A DNA stretch of 29,668 bases from Desulfomonilia bacterium (lineage in GTDB: Bacteria > Desulfobacterota > Desulfomonilia > UBA1062): positions 1-29,668 of the forward strand of contig JBEKDT010000026.1 of assembly GCA_050014195.1 (NCBI GenBank). Direction: 5' to 3'. The position numbers were made by a program, and so were the translations under genes. Under the pieces are notes generated by a model. That model searched no databases. It worked only from the letters and a program-made list of their open reading frames with translations, and was not told the DNA's origin. The stretch's first letter is position 1. Every line of letters starts with the position of its first letter. Below are positions 16,101 to 27,217 of the stretch, piece by piece.

Positions 16101-16313
16101 ATGGAATCCATGGAGCAAAATGTCGGGACCATTGACAGGCTTGTACGCGCCGGCATGGCGGTCATCATCATCCTTGTTCTGGTCAAGAGCGGCAAGATTT
16201 CGCTGCTGACGGCCATCTCGCTGGTTGCCGGCGGCATGCTGCTTTCGAGCGCAACATCAGGTGTATGCCCGCTTTATACCCAGCTGGGTATTTGTTCGAA
16301 AAAGAACGACTAG
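16101..16313 (+). CDS. DUF2892 (YgaP-like) small membrane protein
   Basis: NVGTIDRLVR...two hydrophobic helices...CPLYTQLGI; GGAGG SD before ATG 16101. Confidence 0.85.
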   Translation: MESMEQNVGTIDRLVRAGMAVIIILVLVKSGKISLLTAISLVAGGMLLSSATSGVCPLYTQLGICSKKND

Positions 16314-16365
16314 GAGAATAACTGCCGGGTTGGCATTCGCAATAAGACCGTCTTAAAGCAAAGGC

Positions 16366-16899
16366 TTATGCGGCGACTTTGATATAACTGATGAAGTAAT
16401 CCACACCCGACCACGTGGTGAAGAACAGGGCAATCCACATGAAGAATTCACCTGCAAGCTGAAACTGCAACCCAAAGATCGGATAGTGCACAAGCAGGGG
16501 AATAAGAGCAGCGCACTGGAACGCAGTCTTGTATTTGCCGATCCAGTCCGCTGCGATGATAATGTTCTTCTCCGCAGCAATACTCCGTAAACCCGTTACG
16601 GCAATCTCCCGGGCGACGATAACCGCCACCATCCAAGCGGGTACTCTGCTCAACGGAATGAGCATGATCATGACAGTGGCGATCAGAAACTTGTCAGCTA
16701 AGGGATCCAGCAGTTTTCCAAGGTCGGATTCTATATGAAACTTCCTTGCAAAGTATCCATCGAGGAAATCGGTGATCATTGCGACCCCAAAGATACTCGC
16801 GGCTATGACAGATTGGATCAGGCTGTCATGAATGATGAGAAGTGCAATGACCGGGACCATGAAAATCCGCGAGACGGTCAGAGCATTTGATATGTTCAT
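16366..16899 (-). CDS. pgsA: CDP-diacylglycerol--glycerol-3-phosphate 3-phosphatidyltransferase
   Basis: NALTVSR; [10 protein letters not shown]...[13 protein letters not shown]-alcohol phosphotransferase motif; GKYKT. Confidence 0.93.
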   Translation of the reverse strand: MNISNALTVSRIFMVPVIALLIIHDSLIQSVIAASIFGVAMITDFLDGYFARKFHIESDLGKLLDPLADKFLIATVMIMLIPLSRVPAWMVAVIVAREIAVTGLRSIAAEKNIIIAADWIGKYKTAFQCAALIPLLVHYPIFGLQFQLAGEFFMWIALFFTTWSGVDYFISYIKVAA

Positions 16900-17513
16900 T
16901 CCCCTGCATATCCTCCCCCATGTATTCTCGCAAGTACATTCCTAACATAATCAGTGGTCTCTTGGTAGGGTGGAATTCCGCGGTATGAATCGACCGCATT
17001 CGGGCCGGCATTGTATGCAGCAAGGGCCAACATGAGGTTGCCGTTGTATTTTCTCAGAAGCCATGAAAGATATTTCGTACCGGCAGTAATGTTCTCAGTA
17101 GGATTCCACGGATCGTTAACACCTAACACCTGGGCCGTTTCCGGCATGAGCTGCATCAGGCCCATTGCCCCTTTGGACGACCTGGCCATCGGGTCATAGC
17201 CGGACTCAACCTCGATGACGCTCTTAATAATAGTCGGGCTCATCCCATTGCCTCGCGCAATAATGCTGATCAGGTTGTCGTACTGCGATCTCGAGATCTT
17301 CCTGGAAGAGTATTGTGGGTATTGATATTGTGAATATTGGTATTTCCTCTGTTTCTCTTTGGCGTAGAGCTTCCAGTCGGCACCCATGGGACAGTTGCTG
17401 AAATGCATCGTGCCGTCAGGCCCACGCCTCATGAAGATATCGGCATGCACTGGGCTTGTCCATAAGAGAGCAACGACAAATAAACAAAGAAAACCTACTA
17501 TTCTTCTCTTCAT
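16896..17513 (-). CDS. Lytic transglycosylase (SLT domain), secreted
   Basis: Signal peptide; [27 protein letters not shown]. Confidence 0.93.
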   Translation of the reverse strand: MKRRIVGFLCLFVVALLWTSPVHADIFMRRGPDGTMHFSNCPMGADWKLYAKEKQRKYQYSQYQYPQYSSRKISRSQYDNLISIIARGNGMSPTIIKSVIEVESGYDPMARSSKGAMGLMQLMPETAQVLGVNDPWNPTENITAGTKYLSWLLRKYNGNLMLALAAYNAGPNAVDSYRGIPPYQETTDYVRNVLARIHGGGYAGE

Positions 17514-17559
17514 ATTAGTCTATATCGTCACATGAAATGATTTATTCAAATATTTCATT

Positions 17560-17603
17560 ATTGTACTCATGTTATTATACGCAATGCAAGCCTTTCGTTT
17601 CAA
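17560..17603 (-). promoter_or_regulatory. Candidate overlapping sigma70 promoters for SLT-pgsA
   Basis: Minus strand TTGAAA-18-TATAAT and TTGCAT-18-TACAAT in an AT-rich gap. Confidence 0.4.
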
Positions 17604-19099
17604 GTATCTTGCGGCTGAAGGGGCTTAACCCCTCGTTTCCTGGAGAGAAATACCCTCATCCTCGTTCCCTGGTTCACCGAACTGTTCACGGATATGAAGC
17701 CGCCGTGCTCCTCAATAATCATATAGACCTTGGAGAGCCCAAGGCCGGCACCTCTCGGCTTGCTGGTATAAAATGGGTTGAAGATGTCCTTGATTTCATC
17801 ACTCGGAATACCTTTGCCGGAATCAATGACATCTACGATCAAATAATGCGGGTGGAGGCTGACGTTCACCACGAGCGAGCCCTTGCCGTCCATGGATTCG
17901 CAGGCATTCATGAAGAGGTGCCAGAAGGCCTCCACGAGAAATACGTGGTCCGCATGGATCTCTTCCAGGCCGGACGGTACATTCACCTCGTAGGCGACCC
18001 CGCTGAATTTGCCTGAGCCGAAGGTTTTTATGAGGGCATCATTAATGATGTCTTCAATATGGGTCATGGAGAAGTTGGGCCGGTGAATCTTGGTGTAGTT
18101 TACGTATTCCTCTATATCCAAGATCATGGCTTCCAGCCTCTTGACGTCCTCGATGATGTAATCGACATACACCTTTTCAGCGGAATTAGCGTCCACCGAC
18201 TTACTCAGGCGCCTGGAGAATCCACCCAGCGATGTAAGTGAGTTGCGTATCTCATGGGCCACCCCTTCCACTACCTTGCCCAGGGAAGCCAGCTTCTCGG
18301 CATTGATAACCTGTCTGCGCATCATCTCTATGTCGGTGAGGTCTCGAATAACAAGCACGATGCTGTTCGCATACTGCTCACTCTTGAGAAAAGAGGCGCT
18401 CAACAGCCCTGAGAATATGCTCCCGTCGGCCTTACGGAAGGTATATTCATTCTGAAAATACTCATCGCCTTGAAAGGATGCCTGCTTGATGTCTTCAAAG
18501 ATATCCACACTCGGATCGGGAATGAGCACATCTACAGGTTTATTCTTCATATCTTCCAGCGTTCCCCAGAGCTTATGGGCCATATGGTTCATGAACTGGA
18601 TGGTCCCCCTGGCGTCGATCGTAATCACTGCCTCGCCCATGGTCTCGGTGATGGTGCCCATATAATCCTTGTAGGCATCACCCCTGGCCCTAAGACGGAT
18701 GTTCTCAAGCTGCAGCTCATGATCATTGATGAGCTTTTTCGCTATATGTACGAGATATTGCATGGAGAACGGCTTGGTGACGTAATCCTTTGCACCTGCC
18801 TTCATGGCTTGGACCGCCGTGTCCTCGGAACCCTCGCCGGTGATAAATACCACCAGGGCATCAGGATCTATGGTAACGATCTCTTCAAGGACATCCACCC
18901 CGTCCATCTTCGGCATGAGGTAATCAAGGAAAGTGAGATCGGGTTTCTCCTGGGAATAAAGATCGAAGGCCTCTTCTCCGTCAAAGGCCTGCACCACATC
19001 GAATCCGTGCTCAAAGAGCATCTCCCGCATGGCCTCGTTGAGGTCACGGTTATCGTCGGCGATCATGATCTTCCATTTCTTTGGTGTAGGCTCTTCCAC
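17600..19099 (-). CDS. Hybrid signalling protein: receiver domain - PAS - histidine kinase
   Basis: IMIADD...FLDYLMP...TKPF receiver; PAS segment; AHEIRN H-box, NA, DSGKG, FNPFYT, GAGLGL boxes. Confidence 0.92.
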   Translation of the reverse strand: MEEPTPKKWKIMIADDNRDLNEAMREMLFEHGFDVVQAFDGEEAFDLYSQEKPDLTFLDYLMPKMDGVDVLEEIVTIDPDALVVFITGEGSEDTAVQAMKAGAKDYVTKPFSMQYLVHIAKKLINDHELQLENIRLRARGDAYKDYMGTITETMGEAVITIDARGTIQFMNHMAHKLWGTLEDMKNKPVDVLIPDPSVDIFEDIKQASFQGDEYFQNEYTFRKADGSIFSGLLSASFLKSEQYANSIVLVIRDLTDIEMMRRQVINAEKLASLGKVVEGVAHEIRNSLTSLGGFSRRLSKSVDANSAEKVYVDYIIEDVKRLEAMILDIEEYVNYTKIHRPNFSMTHIEDIINDALIKTFGSGKFSGVAYEVNVPSGLEEIHADHVFLVEAFWHLFMNACESMDGKGSLVVNVSLHPHYLIVDVIDSGKGIPSDEIKDIFNPFYTSKPRGAGLGLSKVYMIIEEHGGFISVNSSVNQGTRMRVFLSRKRGVKPLQPQDT

Positions 19100-19100
19100 T

Positions 19101-19586
19101 TTACCCGTCCTGAATCTTCAGCATCTCGTCATTCTTAAAGTTTTTCTTAACTTGTGTCACCATCTTTCCAGAAGGAAGTATAAGCTCGGGCGCGATTTCT
19201 GCAAGGGGGTAGATCACAAATGCCCGGTTTTCCATACGGGGATGCGGGACAATCAGACGCTCGTTCATAACCGACACACCATGGATAAGAAGAATATCTA
19301 TATCGATTGTTCTGGGTGAGTGGATATAGGGCCTGGCCCTTCCCAGAGAATCCTCTACCTCTTGGCAGAGGTCGAGGAGTTTCATCGGATCACCCTCAAA
19401 AGAGAATTCAACGACCATGTTGAGAAAGTTGCCCTGCTCATCATGAACCTCCACCGGTAAGGTCTCATAGACACATGAGCTCTTGACGATCTTTACACCA
19501 CTTTTTACAAGGCGTTCCAATGCTTCTTTAAGAAAAGCCACCCTATTCCCAAGATTTGATCCAAGAGAGAGAAATCCTCGTATCAT
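19101..19586 (-). CDS. folK: 2-amino-4-hydroxy-6-hydroxymethyldihydropteridine diphosphokinase
   Basis: [36 protein letters not shown]. Confidence 0.95.
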   Translation of the reverse strand: MIRGFLSLGSNLGNRVAFLKEALERLVKSGVKIVKSSCVYETLPVEVHDEQGNFLNMVVEFSFEGDPMKLLDLCQEVEDSLGRARPYIHSPRTIDIDILLIHGVSVMNERLIVPHPRMENRAFVIYPLAEIAPELILPSGKMVTQVKKNFKNDEMLKIQDG

Positions 19587-20326
19587 GCAAGTCTGTTGGT
19601 CAAGGTCCCGATACCCTCTATCTCTATGGCAATTTCATCACCACGTACCATAGGACCGACGCCAGAGGGTGTCCCTGTAGCGATGACATCCCATTTTCTT
19701 AGTGTCATGATTGAAGAGATGAATTCGATGAGCGCAAACACATTGAAGATGAGGTTATTCGTATTTGATGACTGTTTGATCTCTCCATTCAGGCGTGATT
19801 GTACAGCCAGGGTATGCGGATCTTTGATATCGGTTTCAATCCACGGACCCAGTGGCGCAAAGGTATCGAAGGACTTTGCCCGGGTCCATTGCACGTCTTT
19901 TGCCTGGAGGTCCCTTGCGGTCACATCGTTGAAGCATGTATACCCAAGGATAACATCTCTTGCATCCCGTGCAGGAACATTTCTGCATTCCTTTGAGATA
20001 ACCACTGCCAGCTCTGCTTCATAGTCTACCCGCTCCGACCGGGCAGGATAGATGATGTCGTCCCCGGGACCAATGACTGATGTCGAGGGTTTCATGAAGA
20101 GTATGGGCTCTTCAGGCAGCGTCAGTCCCATCTCCCGGGCATGGTCCCGGTAGTTCAGGCCGACGGCTACGATCTTGCTCGGTAATACGGGAGCCAGGAG
20201 TTTCTCAATCTCCACCACACGTCCCAGACTGGGGGTATCCGGATTCCACTCTCTAAACGCACTGCCATCCTTTGTGGAATACCAGATGAGCTGGCCGGTT
20301 GCTGAAAGGGCCCTACCGATTTTCAT
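19583..20326 (-). CDS. Fumarylacetoacetate hydrolase family protein
   Basis: [40 protein letters not shown]. Confidence 0.93.
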   Translation of the reverse strand: MKIGRALSATGQLIWYSTKDGSAFREWNPDTPSLGRVVEIEKLLAPVLPSKIVAVGLNYRDHAREMGLTLPEEPILFMKPSTSVIGPGDDIIYPARSERVDYEAELAVVISKECRNVPARDARDVILGYTCFNDVTARDLQAKDVQWTRAKSFDTFAPLGPWIETDIKDPHTLAVQSRLNGEIKQSSNTNNLIFNVFALIEFISSIMTLRKWDVIATGTPSGVGPMVRGDEIAIEIEGIGTLTNRLA

Positions 20327-21128
20327 AGTTGAGACCCAAGACATCCATCATGGTGTATAGGCCGGGCCCTTTGCTCATTATCCACCGGGCGGCCCTGATG
20401 GCACCGCGCGCGAAGTTTTCCCGGCTATGGGCCTTGTGGGTGATCTCGATTCGCTCTCCGGGGCCTGCAAACATCACCACATGCTCGCCCACGATGTCGC
20501 CTGCGCGGACGGTCTGTATGCCGATCTCACCTTTTGGTCTGACCCCGATGATGCCGTAGCGCTCATACCGGGCATGCTTGGCCAGTTCAATGGCCCTGCC
20601 TTTAGCCACTGCCTGGGCCAGCGCCAGGGCAGTACCCGATGGCGCATCTTTCTTGAGCCTGTGGTGTGCCTCCACAATCTCCGCATCATAGCTTTCATCA
20701 AGAATACCAGCCACCATGTTCACTACCTTCATGAGCACATTGACCCCGATGCTCATGTTCGGCGAAAGAACGATTGCTATCTTTGATGCGAACGACTGAA
20801 TCTTCTTTTTCTGTTCCTCAGTAAACCCTGTGGACCCGATTACCATGGCCTTGCCGTTCTTTGATGCGTATTTTGCGGTAGAAAGCGTCACTTCAGGGAA
20901 AGTGAAATCAATGATACAATCACAAGGAGCGAATGCCTTTTCCATGGATGAGGTCACCTTGAACCCTATCTTGGGGCATCCCAAGGCCTCACCCGCATCC
21001 CTGCCGATAAAAGGGTGGGCCTTGTCTTCCATGGCGCCTGCAAGGGCAAAATCAGGGCTATCCAGGATGGTCCGCGCTATGAGTGAACCCATCCTCCCGC
21101 CAAACCCGACAACGCCGGTATTGATCAT
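20313..21128 (-). CDS. dapB: 4-hydroxy-tetrahydrodipicolinate reductase
   Basis: [30 protein letters not shown]. Confidence 0.96.
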   Translation of the reverse strand: MINTGVVGFGGRMGSLIARTILDSPDFALAGAMEDKAHPFIGRDAGEALGCPKIGFKVTSSMEKAFAPCDCIIDFTFPEVTLSTAKYASKNGKAMVIGSTGFTEEQKKKIQSFASKIAIVLSPNMSIGVNVLMKVVNMVAGILDESYDAEIVEAHHRLKKDAPSGTALALAQAVAKGRAIELAKHARYERYGIIGVRPKGEIGIQTVRAGDIVGEHVVMFAGPGERIEITHKAHSRENFARGAIRAARWIMSKGPGLYTMMDVLGLNYENR

Positions 21129-21144
21129 GGGGAACCTCCAGGGG

Positions 21145-22020
21145 TCAACTGACGCAGCCGTAGCGCTTCAGCACCTCGGCAAGCTTCTTCTTATTGGCTT
21201 CACTCATGGGGCATAAGGGAAGCTTGAACTCCTCTTTCACCTTGCCCATCATGGCAAGAGCGGTTTTTACTGGGATGGGGTTGGTCTCTATGAACAAGGC
21301 CTGGTTGATATCCAAGAGCTCAAGATGGAGCTTCTGCGCTTTTTTTATGTCCCTTGCATCCCATGCCTTGCACATGGCTGAAAGCTTATCAGGCAGGATG
21401 TTTGCAGTGACCGATATGGCGCCGACACCGCCGACACACAGGATAGGATAATTCAGGGCATCCTCGCCCGAGAGCACGCAGAAATCATCGGCCGTGTCTC
21501 TGACGATCTGGGAGCACTTCACTAGGTCTCCGCTCGCCTCCTTGATGCCCACGATGTTGTCTATCTTGGATAGCTCAACAACGGTTTCTGAGCTCATGTT
21601 CACCCCCGTCCTGCCGGGTACGTTGTAAAGGATCTGGGGTATGTCGCATGCCTTTGCCACGGCCTTATAGTGCTCGTAGAGCCCCTTCTGGGTGGGCTTG
21701 TTGTAGTAGGGCGTGATGAGCAGGGCCGCATCCGCACCTGCATCCTTGGCATGCTTCGTAAGGCGGATGGCCTCGGTTGTTGAGTTGGAACCGGTACCTG
21801 CAATGACAGGAACCCGTTTGCCCACTTCATCTACCGTAATGTCGATGACATGCTCGTGCTCTTTATGGGACAGCGTGGCTGATTCGCCCGTGGTGCCGCA
21901 GGGCACGATACCGCTGACTCCGCCTTTGATCACGAAATTGATGAGATTCCTATACGCCTTCTCGTCTACCTTGCCTTCCCTGAAGGGGGTTACAATGGCG
22001 ACGATTGCTCCTGAAAACAT
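21145..22020 (-). CDS. dapA: 4-hydroxy-tetrahydrodipicolinate synthase
   Basis: GTTGES, PYYNKP, YNVPGRTG, GIKEAS, ETNPIPVK. Confidence 0.97.
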   Translation of the reverse strand: MFSGAIVAIVTPFREGKVDEKAYRNLINFVIKGGVSGIVPCGTTGESATLSHKEHEHVIDITVDEVGKRVPVIAGTGSNSTTEAIRLTKHAKDAGADAALLITPYYNKPTQKGLYEHYKAVAKACDIPQILYNVPGRTGVNMSSETVVELSKIDNIVGIKEASGDLVKCSQIVRDTADDFCVLSGEDALNYPILCVGGVGAISVTANILPDKLSAMCKAWDARDIKKAQKLHLELLDINQALFIETNPIPVKTALAMMGKVKEEFKLPLCPMSEANKKKLAEVLKRYGCVS

Positions 22021-22035
22021 CGCTCTCCTCCATAG

Positions 22036-23295
22036 TTAGATCAGACCCTTGGGGACATGCTCACCCGAGATGAGGTCTTCGTATGATTGCCTGTGTATTA
22101 CCACAGAATACTCGCTGCCATCCACCAAAACCTCCGGTGGCTTGGGCCGGGAGTTGTAGTTGGAGGCCATGGTGAACCCATAGGCCCCGGCGCTCATCAC
22201 TGCGATGAGGTCTCCCCTGGACAGATACGGCAAGTCCCTGTCTTTTGCAAGGAAATCACTGGACTCGCAGATGGGCCCCACCACATCGGCCTTTTCCTTT
22301 GGTCCCTGTTTCTCGGCAAGGGGCATGATATCATGCCAGGCGCCGTAGAGTGCCGGGCGGATGAGGTCATTCATGCCCGCATCCACGACGATAAAGGTCT
22401 TCTCGTCCGTCTCTTTGCGGTAGAGCACCCGGGTCACCAGCACCCCGGCATTACCCACAATGACCCTGCCGGGTTCGAAGATCAGCTTAAGATTCAATTC
22501 GTTAACAGCATCGATGATGGCTGCACCGTATTCCCTCGGGTGAGGAGGATGCTCGATCGAATAGGTGATACCCAGTCCTCCGCCCAGGTCCAGGTATTTG
22601 AACCCGATGCCCAGATCCTTGAGGTCTGCTATGAGCACCTTGAGCCGCTCCACCGCATCGATGAACGGGCTGATGTCGGTAAGCTGGCTGCCGATATGGC
22701 AGTCGATGCCCACGATATCGAGGTGCTCCATCTCTTTGGCCTTCAGATACTGCCTAATGGTCCCCTCGATGTCGATACCGAACTTGTTCTGCTTCAGGCC
22801 GGTGGAGATGTAGGGGTGCGTCTGGGGGTCCACATCCGGGTTGACCCTTATGGATATGGGCGCCTTCCTATGCAGCGCCCCTGCGCGTTCGTTGATGACC
22901 TCGCACTCCTGCTCGCTCTCGATATTGAACATCATGATGCCGGAATGAATGGCCATATCGATCTCTTCGTTTGTCTTGCCGACACCCGAGTAGACGATTT
23001 TGGAAGCCGGAATCCCAGCCTTCATCGCCCTATAGAGCTCTCCTCCCGAGACTACATCGGCGCCAAGGCCGTGATTCGCCATGAGGGTGAGGATGGCAAG
23101 GTTCGAGTTGGACTTCATGGCAAAGCACGTCTGATGGTCTATCCCGGCTAACGGCTCCTCAAAGGCCTGTATATGCCGCCTGAGGGTGGGAAGGCTGTAG
23201 CAGTAGTATGGCGTGCCGATCTCGCGTGCGATCTTTTCGAGCGGCACAGCCCCGCAGCACAGTTTCCCTGTTTCGTCATAGGCAAAATCATGCAT
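22036..23295 (-). CDS. lysA: Diaminopimelate decarboxylase
   Basis: FAMKSNSN (PLP Lys), HIGSQ, GGG, EPGR, GPICESSD, MASNYNSRP. Confidence 0.97.
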   Translation of the reverse strand: MHDFAYDETGKLCCGAVPLEKIAREIGTPYYCYSLPTLRRHIQAFEEPLAGIDHQTCFAMKSNSNLAILTLMANHGLGADVVSGGELYRAMKAGIPASKIVYSGVGKTNEEIDMAIHSGIMMFNIESEQECEVINERAGALHRKAPISIRVNPDVDPQTHPYISTGLKQNKFGIDIEGTIRQYLKAKEMEHLDIVGIDCHIGSQLTDISPFIDAVERLKVLIADLKDLGIGFKYLDLGGGLGITYSIEHPPHPREYGAAIIDAVNELNLKLIFEPGRVIVGNAGVLVTRVLYRKETDEKTFIVVDAGMNDLIRPALYGAWHDIMPLAEKQGPKEKADVVGPICESSDFLAKDRDLPYLSRGDLIAVMSAGAYGFTMASNYNSRPKPPEVLVDGSEYSVVIHRQSYEDLISGEHVPKGLI

Positions 23296-23339
23296 GGCTC
23301 TCTATCCCTTCCAGTGCGGATTTCTCTTATGTGTCAGTG

Positions 23340-23714
23340 TCATTTCACCACGATCTGGGCCGGGGTGATCCATTTAGTGGTGTCATGCTCCACGGCTATG
23401 CGGTAGACCATGTAGCCTGATATGGGTGACGGATCCTTCAAAACCACCTCACCGGATTTCTCAAGGGAGATCTTCTGCTTCACCACAAGATCATCGGTGC
23501 AGTTGGGGCATATCCCCTTGGGCTTGCCCAGCAGCACTACATCGGCACGGGGCATATTACACCTGACCTTTGCCACAACCTCGGGGCCTACGAACCTGAT
23601 GGAGATCACTTCTACAGGGTCCGGCTTGGCCGGGGGCAGCGGCGGCAGTTTCCTGCCGCAGCCCATAAAGGCAATGATGATTGAGAACGTGATGAAGAGG
23701 GCCCTACTCCTCAT
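23340..23714 (-). CDS. Lipoprotein with LptM/YifL(LppL)-like N-terminus and an extended CxxC-containing domain
   Basis: [28 protein letters not shown]; ATG overlaps the argH end; sits directly before lysA. Confidence 0.7.
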   Translation of the reverse strand: MRSRALFITFSIIIAFMGCGRKLPPLPPAKPDPVEVISIRFVGPEVVAKVRCNMPRADVVLLGKPKGICPNCTDDLVVKQKISLEKSGEVVLKDPSPISGYMVYRIAVEHDTTKWITPAQIVVK

Positions 23715-25098
23715 GGGAGAGCGACTCCAGGATGGCCTGTGCATCCGTGAGGGCATTACGCACATTGACTCTTGCCGTGCCTCCATAACTTGTCCGTCTG
23801 TCCATCGAGGATGCCGGGTCAAGGCTCTCGAACACATCCGTCCCGAACAGATCGGAAAACGATTTGAGCTCATCGAGGCTGAGGTCGGAGAAACTCCTGC
23901 CCTTATCTATCAGCATGGATATGATCTCGCCTGTAACTCGGTGTGCTTCCCTGAAGGGCATGCCCTTGGCCGCGAGGTAGTCGGCCATATCGGTTGCCGT
24001 GATGAATCCGTCGAGCAGAGACTTCTTCAACGATTCGACCTTGGGGCTCATGCCGGCTACCAGACCTGCCATGAGCTTCAATGACGAGACAGCCGTATCC
24101 AGGCTCTCAAAGACAGGCTTCTTGTCCTCCTGCATGTCCCTGTTATAGGCCAGAGGCAGGCCTTTCATCATCACGAGCAGGGCCGTCAGGTTCCCATAAA
24201 CACCGCCCGTCTTGCCCCGCACGAGCTCGGCCGCGTCCGGGTTCTTCTTCTGGGGCATGATGGAGCTGCCCGTGCAGAATGCATCCGGAAGGTCGATAAA
24301 GGAGAAGGGCTGCGAGTTCCAGATGATGATCTCTTCGGCCAGCCTGGAGAGGTGCATCATGATGAGCGAGCAGACAAATGCCGCCTCGCAGGCAAAGTCG
24401 CGGTCACTCACGGCATCGATGGAGTTCCTGGCCGGGCTTGAGAACCCGAGATCTTTAGCTGTAGCGACCCGGTCGATGGGGTGGGGTGTTCCTGCAAGGG
24501 CGGCGCTGCCGAGCGGTGAGACATTGACCCTGGCCAAGACCTCTTTTATGCGCTGATGATCCCTCAGCGCCATCTCAAAATAGGCAAGCAGGTGGTGTGC
24601 AAAGGACACCGGCTGGGCGTGCTGGAGGTGGGTCATGCCGGGGATGATGGTATCCACATGATCAGACGCCTTGGAGAGCAGCACGCGCATAAAGCCTTTG
24701 AGCTCCCTTGCCATCTCGATGAGGGCATTGCGCGTATACAACCTGAAATCGGTGGCCACCTGGTCGTTTCTGCTCCGTGCAGTGTGGAGCTTCTTGCCGG
24801 CCTCTCCGATCCTTTTTGTAAGCTCGGTCTCGATGTTCATATGGACGTCTTCCAGGGCGGGATCGAATTTGAATGATCCGTTCTCGATATCATTTCTGAT
24901 GGAAAGCAGCCCGTCGACAATGGCCTTGCCCTCTTCTTGGGAGATCAGGCCTACGGATGCAAGCATGCGCGCATGGGCGATGCTGCCCTCGATGTCCTGC
25001 CTGTAGAGCCTGGCATCGACATCCACGGATTGGGTGAATGCCTCTACCAGCTTGTCAGTGTCCTGCGTGAACCTTCCTGACCACGGTTTGTCGGTCAT
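23704..25098 (-). CDS. argH: Argininosuccinate lyase
   Basis: [34 protein letters not shown]. Confidence 0.97.
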   Translation of the reverse strand: MTDKPWSGRFTQDTDKLVEAFTQSVDVDARLYRQDIEGSIAHARMLASVGLISQEEGKAIVDGLLSIRNDIENGSFKFDPALEDVHMNIETELTKRIGEAGKKLHTARSRNDQVATDFRLYTRNALIEMARELKGFMRVLLSKASDHVDTIIPGMTHLQHAQPVSFAHHLLAYFEMALRDHQRIKEVLARVNVSPLGSAALAGTPHPIDRVATAKDLGFSSPARNSIDAVSDRDFACEAAFVCSLIMMHLSRLAEEIIIWNSQPFSFIDLPDAFCTGSSIMPQKKNPDAAELVRGKTGGVYGNLTALLVMMKGLPLAYNRDMQEDKKPVFESLDTAVSSLKLMAGLVAGMSPKVESLKKSLLDGFITATDMADYLAAKGMPFREAHRVTGEIISMLIDKGRSFSDLSLDELKSFSDLFGTDVFESLDPASSMDRRTSYGGTARVNVRNALTDAQAILESLSHEE

Positions 25099-26300
25099 TT
25101 CTTAACCTGTGCCCTTACCTTGAGCCGTAAGGCATTGAGCTTGATGAAGCCTGCGGCGTCCTTCTGGTCATATACCGCGTCTTCTTCAAAGGTTGCGATC
25201 TCGGGGTTGTACAGCGAGTTCTTCGACCTCCTTCCCGTGACGGTGCAATTGCCCTTGTAGAGCCGTATCCTCACGTCCCCGGTTACCCCCTTCTGTGCCT
25301 CGTCGACGAGCCTCTGGAGCACCTCCCGCTCGGGTGAGAACCAGTAGCCGTTGTAGATAAGCGCAGCATACCGCGGCATGAGCTCATCCCGCAGGTGCAT
25401 GACCTCCCGGTCCATGGTGATCTGCTCCATGCCGCGGTGCGCTGCCTTCAGGATCGTCCCTCCCGGGGTCTCATACACGCCGTGGGACTTCATGCCCACA
25501 TAGCGGTTCTCCACGATGTCGATGCGGCCGATGCCGTTTTTGCCGCCGAGCTCGTTGAGCTTGGCCAGGAGCTTGGCAGGGCTCATCTTCTTGCCGTCGA
25601 TGGCCACCGGATCGCCGTTAACAAAGGAGATCACGATTCCCGTCGGCTTGTTCGGCGCCTTTTCCGGCGAGCAGGAAAGCACGAACATGCCTTCATCGGG
25701 CGCGTTCCAGAGGTCCTCCAGGATCCCGCCCTCGAAGCTGATGTGCAGCAGGTTCCTGTCCATGCTGTAGGGCTTTTTTTTGGTCACCGGCACATCGATG
25801 CCGTGCTTCTTGGCATAGTCGATCATCTTCTCCCGGGACCGAAGCTTCCACTCATCCATCTTCCACGGCGCGATGATCTTGATGCCGGGGTAGAGCGCCC
25901 AGCAACCAAGCTCGAAGCGGACCTGATCGTTCCCCTTGCCCGTGGCACCATGGGCAACGGCAAATGCCTTCTCTTTCTTCGCGATCTCGACCATGTATTT
26001 GGCGATGAGCGGCCTGGCAAGCGAGGTCCCCAGGAGATAGAGGCCTTCGTAGGCCACATCCGCCCGGTAGGCCGGGAACACATAGTCGCGCACGAACTCC
26101 TCTCTTAAGTCTTCGATATAGATCTTCTTGGCTCCGGTCTTCATGGCCTTTTCTTCCAGGCCTTCCAGCTCTTCGGCCTGGCCGACGTCCGCAGCGAAAC
26201 AGATCACCTCATAGCCGAACTCATCGATGAGCCACTTGAGAATAACCGATGTGTCAAGACCGCCAGAGTATGCCAGCACCACCTTATTCTTTGCGCCCAT
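25095..26300 (-). CDS. argG: Argininosuccinate synthase
   Basis: [30 protein letters not shown]; AAGGAG SD before ATG 26300. Confidence 0.97.
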   Translation of the reverse strand: MGAKNKVVLAYSGGLDTSVILKWLIDEFGYEVICFAADVGQAEELEGLEEKAMKTGAKKIYIEDLREEFVRDYVFPAYRADVAYEGLYLLGTSLARPLIAKYMVEIAKKEKAFAVAHGATGKGNDQVRFELGCWALYPGIKIIAPWKMDEWKLRSREKMIDYAKKHGIDVPVTKKKPYSMDRNLLHISFEGGILEDLWNAPDEGMFVLSCSPEKAPNKPTGIVISFVNGDPVAIDGKKMSPAKLLAKLNELGGKNGIGRIDIVENRYVGMKSHGVYETPGGTILKAAHRGMEQITMDREVMHLRDELMPRYAALIYNGYWFSPEREVLQRLVDEAQKGVTGDVRIRLYKGNCTVTGRRSKNSLYNPEIATFEEDAVYDQKDAAGFIKLNALRLKVRAQVKK

Positions 26301-26311
26301 GCCAACTCCTT

Positions 26312-27217
26312 TTATCCTCGTAGTAGGAAATCCAGGATAGCCTCCTGGATGTATTGTCTGTTTTGCGCCTGCTCCCAGACGATGGAGCGCCATCCCTCCA
26401 AGACCTCTTCGGTGACCTCCTCGCCCCTGTGGGCAGGCAGACAGTGCATGAAAACCGCATCCGGACCGGCCGCGTCCATGAGGGCGTCATCCACCTTATA
26501 CCGCGCAAAAGCCTTTTTTCGTCTCTCTGCCTCGTCCTCTTGGCCCATGCTGGCCCAGACGTCGGTGTTCACGGCAACGGCCCCATGGGCCGCCTCATTC
26601 GGGTCACGGACCACTACCACCTTTGCGCCGTCCTTCACTGCGGCATCAAGTATGTTCCTGTCGGGCTCGAATCCTTCCGGGCATGCGAGCATCAGCTCGA
26701 AATCCAGCATGGCTGCGGCATGGATCCAGGAATTGGCCATATTGTTGCCGTCACCGATCCAGGCGACCTTTTTTCCCTTAAGCTCACCGAGCCTCTGCGT
26801 CAAGGTAAAGCAATCGGCTAGAACCTGGCATGGATGCAGCAGGTCGGTGAGCGCATTGATGACAGGTACCTCTGCATAAGAAGCCATTTCCTCGATGCGG
26901 TCATGGCCGAAGGTCCTCATGACGATGGCGTCGCAGTATCCGGCAAGCACCCGTGCGGTATCTTTCAGGGGTTCTCCACGTGCTATCTGGGAGCCCTCAA
27001 CCGAGAGCACGACCGGGTGGGCGCCCAGTCGGGCAATACCCACTTCAAAGGAGACCCGTGTACGTGTTGATGCCTTCTCAAAGAGGAGCACCACTGATTT
27101 CCCCTCCAGTGATCGATGCGGGTGTGTCTGCCTGAAATGGGCGGCCTTTTCAAAGAGATCCATGATCTCGTCAACCCTAAGGGTACGGATCGATAAGAAA
27201 TCTCTGTGCTCCGTCAT
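26312..27217 (-). CDS. argF: Ornithine carbamoyltransferase
   Basis: STRTR, HPCQ, DVWASMG, HCLP. Confidence 0.97.
   Translation of the reverse strand: MTEHRDFLSIRTLRVDEIMDLFEKAAHFRQTHPHRSLEGKSVVLLFEKASTRTRVSFEVGIARLGAHPVVLSVEGSQIARGEPLKDTARVLAGYCDAIVMRTFGHDRIEEMASYAEVPVINALTDLLHPCQVLADCFTLTQRLGELKGKKVAWIGDGNNMANSWIHAAAMLDFELMLACPEGFEPDRNILDAAVKDGAKVVVVRDPNEAAHGAVAVNTDVWASMGQEDEAERRKKAFARYKVDDALMDAAGPDAVFMHCLPAHRGEEVTEEVLEGWRSIVWEQAQNRQYIQEAILDFLLRG

Noticed and set aside
22087-23151. 354-aa plus-strand ORF and other long antisense ORFs (e.g. 12893-13561, 18470-19138, 25395-26108, 27433-28098, 28465-29220)
   Set aside because: They lie opposite well-supported genes, have no motifs, and are the usual shadow ORFs of GC-rich codon usage.
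23715-23873. Upstream extensions in the ORF track for the lipoprotein (also argG to 26393 and argD to 28509)
   Set aside because: They overlap the preceding genes; SD positions and signal or motif starts support the shorter calls.
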